The notes beneath the pieces were generated by a model that searched no databases, was not told where the DNA came from, and was given only the letters and a program-made list of their open reading frames with translations. Both the position numbers and the translations under genes were made by a program. Positions 36,705 through 45,186 of a stretch of DNA of 64,000 nt are shown piece after piece (position 1 is the stretch's first letter; each line of letters opens with the position of its first letter). The stretch lies in IMG/VR virus record IMGVR_UViG_3300025073_000001. One strand, given 5' to 3'. The DNA comes from a virus (lineage: Duplodnaviria > Heunggongvirae > Uroviricota > Caudoviricetes).

Positions 36705-37834
36705 ACGTTTTCAATCAGTAATAAGTCAAAGTTGCCGGTAATATGACCATTTACATTCACGATTGAAATGCACCTGAATTTTATATCAGTTTTTTCCGGC
36801 AATTTTATTCCTCCATAAATCGATTCTTTCAATTGTGATGCATTGTTTATAGAAGAATATCGCATTAATCTTTCGGCCATTTCAAATTCACGAACCCACA
36901 ATGCAATTACTGCATTATTCGACGTGTTATCAAGCATTGAAAAATGAAATTCCCGCAAATAACCAGTATGACCAGCGGGAATCGTATATGTCAATTGGGC
37001 ATCTTGTCCAGTTCCAGCAATGACATTTGAAAAAACGTTTGTCGTCGTTGTATTATGTCTAACTGTCAAAATACCAACGTTGGTATTAGATGAACCTGCT
37101 GTCAAACATTGTCCTTGATAAACTCTAGTGAATAGTTGTGAAGACGTGACTGGAATTGTTCCATTTAAAGTTAAAACCTCTTCAATTCTGTCATATTCAC
37201 TATCAAGTCCAAAAACCTTGTAAGTTCTTGCGCCTGAACCAGTAGCATTGTCTAATTGATCAGATGAAAATATTTGTATTTTCTCCGCAGAACCTGTTGG
37301 AAAACCACTATAAACTCCGCCTAATTCCCAAATATCGGCAGCAGCATCAACATCCGGGTTTCTGCCAACAACATTGATTATAGAATATCCTTCATACTTT
37401 CCCGCAGCGATGTCAATTTCTGATTCTAAACTTCTTACGAATGTCGCATCAGTATCATGTTGGATGTTTTTATTAGCGGGATTTGAAAGTGCGGTTTGAC
37501 TTCCGAGTAAAGTTTGAAACCTTAGATAAGATTGACTTGACGTTGCAGCATTAAAAATTCGTGCCCGATAATATTTATGAGTTACTGATAATCTATGAAG
37601 TTCATCGATTGATGACGTAAAGTTAAACACTGAAGTTCTGTCAAGATTTACAGCATCCGTACTGAAGTCAATCAACAATGATCCTGACGTATCAAATATC
37701 AATGAAAATACCACTGATGGAAATGCACTGACATCTTCAAACGAACCAGTCCATGAACTCGTTGGTGAAAGTGCAATTGCAGTTGAGTTATCTGTTGAAA
37801 CTATCCCTGCTAAATGGTTAATATTTGTCGGCAT
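36701..37834 (-). CDS. Hypothetical, probably structural, protein
   Basis: 377 aa beta-rich; GRNPDVD...DIW...GSGART..VFGLD motif. Confidence 0.55.
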   Translation of the reverse strand: MPTNINHLAGIVSTDNSTAIALSPTSSWTGSFEDVSAFPSVVFSLIFDTSGSLLIDFSTDAVNLDRTSVFNFTSSIDELHRLSVTHKYYRARIFNAATSSQSYLRFQTLLGSQTALSNPANKNIQHDTDATFVRSLESEIDIAAGKYEGYSIINVVGRNPDVDAAADIWELGGVYSGFPTGSAEKIQIFSSDQLDNATGSGARTYKVFGLDSEYDRIEEVLTLNGTIPVTSSQLFTRVYQGQCLTAGSSNTNVGILTVRHNTTTTNVFSNVIAGTGQDAQLTYTIPAGHTGYLREFHFSMLDNTSNNAVIALWVREFEMAERLMRYSSINNASQLKESIYGGIKLPEKTDIKFRCISIVNVNGHITGNFDLLLIENV

Positions 37835-37840
37835 TTATTC

Positions 37841-38326
37841 CTATTTTATTTCTAAAGGTGGTTTAAATTGGGCAATGATTCCGCCAGTGGTTGAAAAATT
37901 CACTGATGATCCGTATTTCTTGGCATGCTTTTCAATCAGTATTCGGTATAATTTATCACGTTGGTTTGGTGAATATTCTCCAGGTTTCATTTCTGATTGT
38001 TCTGATCGCGGGTCATATTTAATATAAATCAATTCTTTACCTCTATGAAATTTATCCAACCACTCAAATATACCACCAATAATATAACTCATTAATTTCA
38101 ATGGTTGATTTTGCCCTGTTAAATCAAATGCTTTGAATTCCGTTGTAAAATCAACTGAAATAGCCAATTTATTATCATAATCAACTAATTTATTTATATT
38201 CACAATAAATGTCAATTCTCCAAAATCAAATTTGATTATATGATCGGTAAATTTTGCTCCTGGTGGAACTTGAGCGGAATCTCCAATCTCATTTAAAATC
38301 GATTCGTATATTTTTCTAAGTTTCAT
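37841..38326 (-). CDS. Class-B leader protein, member of the four-paralogue family
   Basis: Start re-called to MKLRKIYESILNE/IGD (38326). Confidence 0.55.
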   Translation of the reverse strand: MKLRKIYESILNEIGDSAQVPPGAKFTDHIIKFDFGELTFIVNINKLVDYDNKLAISVDFTTEFKAFDLTGQNQPLKLMSYIIGGIFEWLDKFHRGKELIYIKYDPRSEQSEMKPGEYSPNQRDKLYRILIEKHAKKYGSSVNFSTTGGIIAQFKPPLEIK

Positions 38327-38368
38327 CGTAATTACCTTGTTAACCGTGCATTTGTGCAAGTATGTTGA

Positions 38369-39274
38369 TTAAGCATCTGCAAACAATCCTTTTTTCATTC
38401 TATATTTAAATTGCATTCCTGTCAATCCAAAATATTCCATTGCAGATTTTCTACTTTCAAAAATTAACCCTGTATCAATATGAATAGTAAGTTTTAAACT
38501 TGGATGTTTTCCATTTGTATATCTTTCTTTCTGACCTTGCGACATTGCTAATTTTGTCTCTTCAGAATGTGTTTTTCCTTTCATTGGATGAATCATTCCG
38601 TTATCATATCGAGCCTTTATCGATTTTGATAATTTTTGACAATGTTCTTCAGTTCTCGGTTCAGACATATATTCAAAAGTTATTAATCCTTGAGCAATTC
38701 TTTCAAGTTTAGTCTTACTCATTTTTTCTTTAGATTCCTCCGAATGAGGACCTTTCCTGGTCGCTCCCTTTTCCTTTCTCATGTCACTAATTCGCTGTTT
38801 AACTTCTGAAGTATGGGTTTTTCCGAACATATAATTATTTTCTCCCGCTGTCAATCCTTTTCTATTTTCTCTCATTTTTTGAAGCGATTCTTCAGAATGT
38901 TTTTTACCAAACATTCCATTTTTTTCACCAACAAAACGACCCTTACACGATTCAGATAGATAGTTTCTAATATCTTCAATTTCGTTTAATTCAAAGTAAT
39001 CAATATAACTCTTTAGTTTATTTGCTGATACTATATTTCCATAAAATTCTCTCGATGTTATTTCAAAGCATTTGGCTAACTCGACATGAGCATTTAAATG
39101 ATCCAATGGATTTAATTTAATTAAATTGGTTTCCTCATCAAGTCCTCCCATGAACTTAGGAATAATATGATGTTCATGTATCATTTCCGTTGAATCATAA
39201 TTTCTATTTCTACACTCATCTAGAAATTTAAAATACGGTTGCAATCTTACATCTTTTAGATAATCATTTATCAT
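38369..39274 (-). CDS. HNH homing endonuclease with NUMOD3-like repeats
   Basis: HEHHIIPKFMGG...NLIKL...HLNAH; HSEES/HTSEV/HSEET repeats. Confidence 0.85.
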   Translation of the reverse strand: MINDYLKDVRLQPYFKFLDECRNRNYDSTEMIHEHHIIPKFMGGLDEETNLIKLNPLDHLNAHVELAKCFEITSREFYGNIVSANKLKSYIDYFELNEIEDIRNYLSESCKGRFVGEKNGMFGKKHSEESLQKMRENRKGLTAGENNYMFGKTHTSEVKQRISDMRKEKGATRKGPHSEESKEKMSKTKLERIAQGLITFEYMSEPRTEEHCQKLSKSIKARYDNGMIHPMKGKTHSEETKLAMSQGQKERYTNGKHPSLKLTIHIDTGLIFESRKSAMEYFGLTGMQFKYRMKKGLFADA

Positions 39275-39297
39275 AAAATTTCTCCTTTTATTTACAT

Positions 39298-39306
39298 ATA
39301 AGTATC
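39298..39306 (-). promoter_or_regulatory. Putative late promoter element GATANTTAT
   Basis: GATACTTAT upstream of the HNH gene. Confidence 0.45.
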
Positions 39307-39351
39307 TAAAAAGAAATATTTTTCACATGACATTCAGTTAAAAAATTGAAA

Positions 39352-41028
39352 TCAACCATGAAATGAAACCAAAATTGAAATATCAACATCGTCCCTCATC
39401 TGCAAACTTTGATTCAATTTAGCCACAGCCATTAATTCTCTTTTGTCATTGAAAAGACCAATTGTATGAAAATATGGACTTAATGATGAATCGCTGAATG
39501 AACCAGTGAAATCATCAATTAATAAATCCGAATATGGAGATTTTAAAGCAGTTGGGTTTAAAGTTAAATTGAAATCACCTTTTTTAATTCGAACCAAACA
39601 TTCATAATTATAAATTGTATGCGTTCCGCGATACTTTACTGTAAAAGTTGGATCTTGAAAAACTGCATTATATTTTGGATTCAACGATGAAACGACAACA
39701 TTTCCCGAACGGTAGAAGCAATTGCCCACGATTGAAGTCTGATACATTCCCATTGAACTGCTATCTGCCAAAGTTTGAATTGTGGCAGTTGATAATCCTT
39801 TATTGTAAATTCTTATTTCATCAAACGATCCATAAAATGTATTAACAGTTCCGTCAAGGCTATCTGCGCCGAATACCAATGAATGATTGTTATGTGGATT
39901 ATAATTAACATCGCTACCACTTTGAACAATTGTTCCATCTTGATATAAATATAGATTTGAACCTGATTTTACCGTTGCATAGTGATGCCAACCTGCTCCG
40001 TCCATGTCAATTGAACCGGATAAATGAACCGTTTTAGTACCATCGCTTCTTTTGAACCAAACCAATCCTGTTAATTCTTCTACCTCAAATCTGTATGGAT
40101 AAATATCAACTGGTTCATATTCAGTTGATGAAGAAACATGATATGTTTTTTGAACCAAATCGTTTTGATTATAATGATCTAAGTTTCCATAAACTTGCTT
40201 AGTTATTACAGTATTTTTAGAAATTATTGTATCAGTTAACGAAGTTCCGTGAGGTTCACATTCTAACCAAAATGAAATTGTGAAGTCATCATCCTTGGTG
40301 AAATTAAATTCTTTACGATTTGGAGTTAAAATCGAAGATTCGTGAATGTGAGCACAACAACCTGATGCAGTTCCGCTGAGTAATACTCCGGGAATTATGT
40401 GAATATTTCTTGCAACTGAACCTTCTTCTGGATCAAAAATTCCAGATTCGTATTCTAATTTTGTCTTCGTAAAAGTTGTTTCATGACCAATGTTCTTTGT
40501 TTTTCTAAAATCGTTGTTGAATCCCCAATATGCAACTAAATCTCTCCTATCTGAATAACTTCCTGTTGACAGTGAAACGTCATATAGATTACCATTCTTA
40601 TCATCAGTCAAAGTGAAGCCAGATGCAGTTATTTCAACCGAACCTGGTTTAATTGATTCCCCAAAATCCATGTAAGGAACGGCGAAGATTGAAGCAGTAG
40701 GATCTAAATGTTTGTAAGTGAACCTTTTATTAGAATGTTCTAATGTGGCTTGGGGATCGTTCGGAAATCTGTAGAATTGAGTGTCAATTGATTTCCAAAC
40801 AATATGTTTATAGGTTCCGTCAAAACTGTTAGTTGGATAAATTGAACTGCTGATCTTTAACTTTTCACCAGTATATAATCCTTCCCAAATTCTATAACCA
40901 GATCCTGTTTGTGGAAGTGAACCTGAATATAGATCTGACCTCTGAATCACAAAACGTTTGTGAACAGTGACAGGACGCATCGTGAAGTCCTGCGGTTGAA
41001 TTTTGTGAAAAACTTTCGGAATAGCCAT
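39352..41028 (-). CDS. Virion protein with LamG/concanavalin A-like domain
   Basis: DFTISFW, WHHYATV, YLYQDG, GSFDEIRIYNKGL; C-terminal IGLFN...ELMAVAKL. Confidence 0.75.
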   Translation of the reverse strand: MAIPKVFHKIQPQDFTMRPVTVHKRFVIQRSDLYSGSLPQTGSGYRIWEGLYTGEKLKISSSIYPTNSFDGTYKHIVWKSIDTQFYRFPNDPQATLEHSNKRFTYKHLDPTASIFAVPYMDFGESIKPGSVEITASGFTLTDDKNGNLYDVSLSTGSYSDRRDLVAYWGFNNDFRKTKNIGHETTFTKTKLEYESGIFDPEEGSVARNIHIIPGVLLSGTASGCCAHIHESSILTPNRKEFNFTKDDDFTISFWLECEPHGTSLTDTIISKNTVITKQVYGNLDHYNQNDLVQKTYHVSSSTEYEPVDIYPYRFEVEELTGLVWFKRSDGTKTVHLSGSIDMDGAGWHHYATVKSGSNLYLYQDGTIVQSGSDVNYNPHNNHSLVFGADSLDGTVNTFYGSFDEIRIYNKGLSTATIQTLADSSSMGMYQTSIVGNCFYRSGNVVVSSLNPKYNAVFQDPTFTVKYRGTHTIYNYECLVRIKKGDFNLTLNPTALKSPYSDLLIDDFTGSFSDSSLSPYFHTIGLFNDKRELMAVAKLNQSLQMRDDVDISILVSFHG

Positions 41029-41042
41029 TCATATTATCTTAA

Positions 41043-42374
41043 TTAAACACCAGTCAATTTATGCAATTCAGCAATACCTCGATCGGCTTCTTTGCCATAT
41101 TGAATTACTTTGTTGTATAAATTTGAGAAGAAAGATTTGATTTTATTCCAACCTTGACTTAACATATTATCTTCATTCATTGCATTTTCTTGTTTTTTAT
41201 ATTGAACTCCAATTGAAGTTGGAACTACTTTGAATTTACGGGTTGCTGCCCAAAATTCATCTTCTTGTTTTTTCAATGCACCATTTACTCTTGAATATAA
41301 TCTTTCAAATCTTTCTTTATAAGCAGCAACTTCTGCATTTGGATTTCCTTTTCTCTTAATTGTAATCAAGATATCTTTTGTTTCCAATGCTCTTTCACCT
41401 GCGGCAGATGCTTCGTCCATCCATTTAGTAATTTCTTCGTCTAATGGATCTAATTGTTTCTTAATCTTTTCCATTTCGGCCTTACATCGGTCAAAACTAT
41501 CACTTAACCTCGCCATTTCTTCTATTTTCTTAACTTTATCAGGATCAGTAACTTCAAGTTCATTCAGCTTAACTTTTTTTTTAAGTTCTTCCTTAATCAC
41601 TCTCTTAGCAATCCTCAATATTTCTAATTTGATTTCTTTTTCTTTGTCAAGTTTCATCGTTTCAACTTTATCAACGCCTTTTGTCTTTTCTATCTTGCTG
41701 GTTAGAATTTCAGATTCAACTTCATTAAATTCTTCCGATTTTGGAAATGAATATCCCTTGGTCAATGCTGAATGTTCTGCTGCTTCTTTTGAATCAAAAC
41801 CAACTGCATTTAAACAATCATCAGTTTCTTCTTGACAAATCCACCAAAGTTTATCTTTTTGCTTGATTTTAACCTGAGTATCATTTGAATGAAGTGCTTC
41901 TGCGATCATTCGGTCTAACTTGGCTTTATTTGGTTTGTTCATATTATTTTCATAGGTTTTTGATTTTTTCTTAAAAATGATATAAGCATCATTCACATCA
42001 TCGTACTCTAATTCCAGACCACTTTTCATTAAAGAATTTTCAAACCTGTCAAAGGATATACTATCTTCTAATTTTTCTAAATCCGAATATTCAGAACTAC
42101 CTTTTTTGAATACCTGCTTTTTTCCCGGATTGGTCAAAAAATCATCTATTAACGATTCATAGTCAATTGATTCATTTATTTTTTTCATATTATTATTTTC
42201 CTGTTTTGTCTCTTTTGGAGGCATCAATTTTTCAATTCTAATTTTCATAATTCCTTTGCCGTTAACTTGAGGCAATCCATATTCGTCCCAAGTTATATTT
42301 TTGACGGTGATTCGTTTATTTTTGAATTTTCCGACTCTGATTATGTCGCCTATCTCGATTGGTATTTGGATCAT
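41043..42374 (-). CDS. Mosaic multi-module protein, candidate protease-processed polyprotein
   Basis: Internal INE, IAE, IKEE...LNE and MNE sites between dissimilar segments. Confidence 0.5.
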   Translation of the reverse strand: MIQIPIEIGDIIRVGKFKNKRITVKNITWDEYGLPQVNGKGIMKIRIEKLMPPKETKQENNNMKKINESIDYESLIDDFLTNPGKKQVFKKGSSEYSDLEKLEDSISFDRFENSLMKSGLELEYDDVNDAYIIFKKKSKTYENNMNKPNKAKLDRMIAEALHSNDTQVKIKQKDKLWWICQEETDDCLNAVGFDSKEAAEHSALTKGYSFPKSEEFNEVESEILTSKIEKTKGVDKVETMKLDKEKEIKLEILRIAKRVIKEELKKKVKLNELEVTDPDKVKKIEEMARLSDSFDRCKAEMEKIKKQLDPLDEEITKWMDEASAAGERALETKDILITIKRKGNPNAEVAAYKERFERLYSRVNGALKKQEDEFWAATRKFKVVPTSIGVQYKKQENAMNEDNMLSQGWNKIKSFFSNLYNKVIQYGKEADRGIAELHKLTGV

Positions 42375-42949
42375 TAGTGTTGCCTATATAACATTATTCC
42401 GCGTTTTCCATCATTGGTATCAGTAGTATTTTCTATCTCATATCCTGCTGGTTTATTTCTGTCCAATGCTTTGAAATAAATATCATCTTTTTGAGTATCA
42501 GCGACTATTCCACCATGTTTTGATTCTGAAAAGAATGTAATGATTTCTGGTTTTTTTCTTCTAATGAATTGATTCAATGCGTCTCCAACAGTTGCAAGAA
42601 TTTTAATGTAATCTTTGAAGGTTGTCTTTGCATATTGATTTGAGTTTCTACCTTCACTGATTTCAAATCCAAAATTAAAAACCTCTCCGCTGTAATCAAG
42701 TTCTTCTTGGTGTTTTGGTGACAATTTAAATCTATCAAATCTCGTTTTCTCGACGTAGATATAAACAATGACCAATTCTCCATTTATCTTTGCATTAAAT
42801 TCCCAACCTTCTGAATTAGATCTGATGGGATATTTCTTCACTTGATCAAAATCAAATATTTCTGATATGACATCTTGATAGATTTCAAACAGTGAAAATC
42901 TTCTTCTACCTACTCCAACATGAGTTTTATAATGGCCTTGATTTATCAT
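42374..42949 (-). CDS. Member of the four-paralogue family
   Basis: FEIYQDVISE/IFD; KILATVGDALNQFIRRKKPEIITF. Confidence 0.55.
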   Translation of the reverse strand: MINQGHYKTHVGVGRRRFSLFEIYQDVISEIFDFDQVKKYPIRSNSEGWEFNAKINGELVIVYIYVEKTRFDRFKLSPKHQEELDYSGEVFNFGFEISEGRNSNQYAKTTFKDYIKILATVGDALNQFIRRKKPEIITFFSESKHGGIVADTQKDDIYFKALDRNKPAGYEIENTTDTNDGKRGIMLYRQH

Positions 42950-42952
42950 AAT

Positions 42953-44569
42953 TTATTGATAAGATAAAATTACTTCAAACAATGCCTCTTCAGTGAAACT
43001 TTTGAAGATTGGACTTGAAGGTTTAGCAACTGCTAATAATTCATTGTTCTGATTATAGAGACCAATTGCACTGATGTAAATTTCAGGTTTTCCAACGAAG
43101 TCATCAATTATCACTCCTTCAGATCCAGTTTGATAAGTCAAGTTATTGGTGAAATTATATTCTTTATTCTTAACCCGAACGAAGAACTGTTCAACGTATT
43201 CATATTTTAATTTTCTACCTTGCAATCCTAAATAATCACCACTGTCATCTGTTCTCAATGCTGCTCCGCTAATTGCAGTGAATAATTTCATCGCATTATC
43301 TCCTGCTACATCACTTCCTGTTACTGTCAAGAATGATGCGGAGACATCGAGTAATTCTGCATCTAAAATAACTATCCCTTGTTGCGGATAAAGTAATCCG
43401 TAGACATGAGGCGCATTGCTTGAAGTTGCAGAACCCGAATAGATACCTGTTTCAAGCGTTCCTGATACGATGTAATGGACTTTTCCTGCACCAGTGGATA
43501 AAGTACACATGGATGAAGAGATATCGCGGTAGAACGTAGATTTGGCGTTCGCAGATAGTGTTCTGTAATCAAGTTTGCTGTCATCAATTAACCTTAGAAC
43601 AGTTTGTGAACCTAACGTTACATTTGATCCAGTATGAGCGTTTCTATTTCCGTTTCCGGTTAAGAATTGACTGCCTGATAAATGGTGGAGATTGAGTTCA
43701 AAGTTACCTTCATCTAATTTATCGCCCATTCTATCTCGGTTCACGTTCAACACATAGAAATGAAATATTTCCCTGTCTCCTAACCTGAATCTTCTTTGAG
43801 GATGATCTAATAACAATGAGCGATATTGACCATAAACTGCATTTGAAGGAGTTAACCAATCATATCCACCTAAATCTCTGCTGCCACTTCCACCATCATG
43901 CCCGTAAGCAATGTCAAATTGCGGAGTTGATGAACAGGTGAAACATTGAGCGGAATAGACTGATTTCTTATAAGAACCAGTATCTGACGAACAAGTGTAA
44001 AAAGTTAATAGATTTCCACAAGCAGAACCAGTGTAATCGAGCCACATTCCATAGAATGATTGATTGACTTGTTTAGGTAATTTATCGTCAATTTCAAACT
44101 TGGTAAAAACTCTTCCCATTGCCAATTCAACTGGTGGATCAACTCTTGGAGGAATTGGAACCGGAGTTGGTAAAGGAACAATTGGTGGTGGTAAATTCGG
44201 AGCAGGAGGTTCTGGAGGACTTGGTGGAATAACAGGTGCAGGTTGACTGACTTGTAAAATTAAATCATCCCAAGTCCAATCTTGAATTAAATCTTCCGTT
44301 TCAATGTTGAAGACATAATTTCCATTGACTGTTTGAGTCGTAGTCTTTCGCATTGAACTATCAATCCAATTATAAGGTGGATCATAAGTTTCAGATGCTT
44401 GAACTTGGATTTGCCAACTGTTTCCAATAACTTGAACAGGAAGTATTAGGTCTTCAGAATAGGTTCCATTACCAGAACTTGCGCCAGTGATCGTGAATCT
44501 CTGAGGCAACGCTCCTTGCTGCTTGGATAATATTTTTACTGACCAGTTTCCTGTGACTGTTATTGACAT
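42953..44569 (-). CDS. Virion structural (tail) protein, paralogue of 50498-52000
   Basis: Pro-rich linker, GNLLTFYT, FVRVKNKEYNFTNN, IGLYNQNNELLAVAK. Confidence 0.7.
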   Translation of the reverse strand: MSITVTGNWSVKILSKQQGALPQRFTITGASSGNGTYSEDLILPVQVIGNSWQIQVQASETYDPPYNWIDSSMRKTTTQTVNGNYVFNIETEDLIQDWTWDDLILQVSQPAPVIPPSPPEPPAPNLPPPIVPLPTPVPIPPRVDPPVELAMGRVFTKFEIDDKLPKQVNQSFYGMWLDYTGSACGNLLTFYTCSSDTGSYKKSVYSAQCFTCSSTPQFDIAYGHDGGSGSRDLGGYDWLTPSNAVYGQYRSLLLDHPQRRFRLGDREIFHFYVLNVNRDRMGDKLDEGNFELNLHHLSGSQFLTGNGNRNAHTGSNVTLGSQTVLRLIDDSKLDYRTLSANAKSTFYRDISSSMCTLSTGAGKVHYIVSGTLETGIYSGSATSSNAPHVYGLLYPQQGIVILDAELLDVSASFLTVTGSDVAGDNAMKLFTAISGAALRTDDSGDYLGLQGRKLKYEYVEQFFVRVKNKEYNFTNNLTYQTGSEGVIIDDFVGKPEIYISAIGLYNQNNELLAVAKPSSPIFKSFTEEALFEVILSYQ

Positions 44570-44587
44570 TCGTGTTCTTTATCTCAT

Positions 44588-44646
44588 TTAATATAATTCA
44601 GATATTTCTACTCGAAGATTATGTAATAAATCTTGATATTTTTTTA
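44588..44646 (-). pseudogene. 3' fragment of the 61-aa gene interrupted by the transposon
   Basis: Reads YQDLLHNLRVEISELY* in frame with the 5' fragment once the element and one TSD copy are removed. Confidence 0.75.
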
Positions 44647-44671
44647 GGCAACTATACCCATTTACACCCAA
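44647..44671 (+). repeat. Left terminal inverted repeat
   Basis: GGCAACTATACCCATTTACACCCAA. Confidence 0.95.
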
Positions 44672-44697
44672 CTCCATAACTAATTGATTATCAATGG

Positions 44698-44728
44698 TTT
44701 GAAATTTTAGAATTTTGTTTTATCTTTG
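44698..44728 (+). promoter_or_regulatory. Bacteroidota-type promoter inside the transposon left end
   Basis: TTTG-N19-TATCTTTG. Confidence 0.75.
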
Positions 44729-44758
44729 CCAGCGATTCACAAATAAAAATTTCATAAT

Positions 44759-44947
44759 ATGGAACAGAGCATCGCCAAAGAAATCTTAAACCATTTGGAG
44801 GCCAATCGAATTTCAACAGTCCTAATTTTATCGCTACTCACTGAAATCAAGGCAAAACTTGAAGACAAAAGTCCAGAAATGGTTACAGACGAAATCAAAG
44901 AAAAAATTTCTCAATTATTGGCGGCTCTTCAAACACAAATCAAGTAA
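44759..44947 (+). CDS. Transposon passenger hypothetical protein
   Basis: 62 aa helical; downstream of a consensus promoter. Confidence 0.55.
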   Translation: MEQSIAKEILNHLEANRISTVLILSLLTEIKAKLEDKSPEMVTDEIKEKISQLLAALQTQIK

Positions 44948-45021
44948 CTGCATCAATTCATTCAGTAGTTGCTCAACGCTCTTAGTTTTAGTCATTTTTC
45001 ATATTCTCCTTTCCCCTATAA

Positions 45022-45180
45022 TTATCCATCTTTTTCCTTTTTCTTCTTTTTGGGTTTTTCATCGGCTTCTTTCATGGCAGCCTTCATTATGTCAAGGAAT
45101 GAACCTTTGACCTGTAATTTTTCATCATACTCGCCTCGCTGCTTTTCAGGCTGGGGTTTTTTATCGGTTGTTTTTTTCAT
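45022..45180 (-). CDS. Small Lys-rich passenger ORF (52 aa)
   Basis: Not in the track; MKKTTDKKPQPEKQRGEYDEKLQVKGSFLDIMKAAMK..., starts 6 nt after the R-M stop. Confidence 0.45.
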   Translation of the reverse strand: MKKTTDKKPQPEKQRGEYDEKLQVKGSFLDIMKAAMKEADEKPKKKKKEKDG

Positions 45181-45186
45181 AGGGTT

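Noticed and set aside
45018-45026. GATAATTAT copy inside the transposon
   Set aside because: Coincides with the GGA TAA stop of the 52-aa ORF. Probably chance, as is the copy at 50281, so neither is used as evidence of phage origin.
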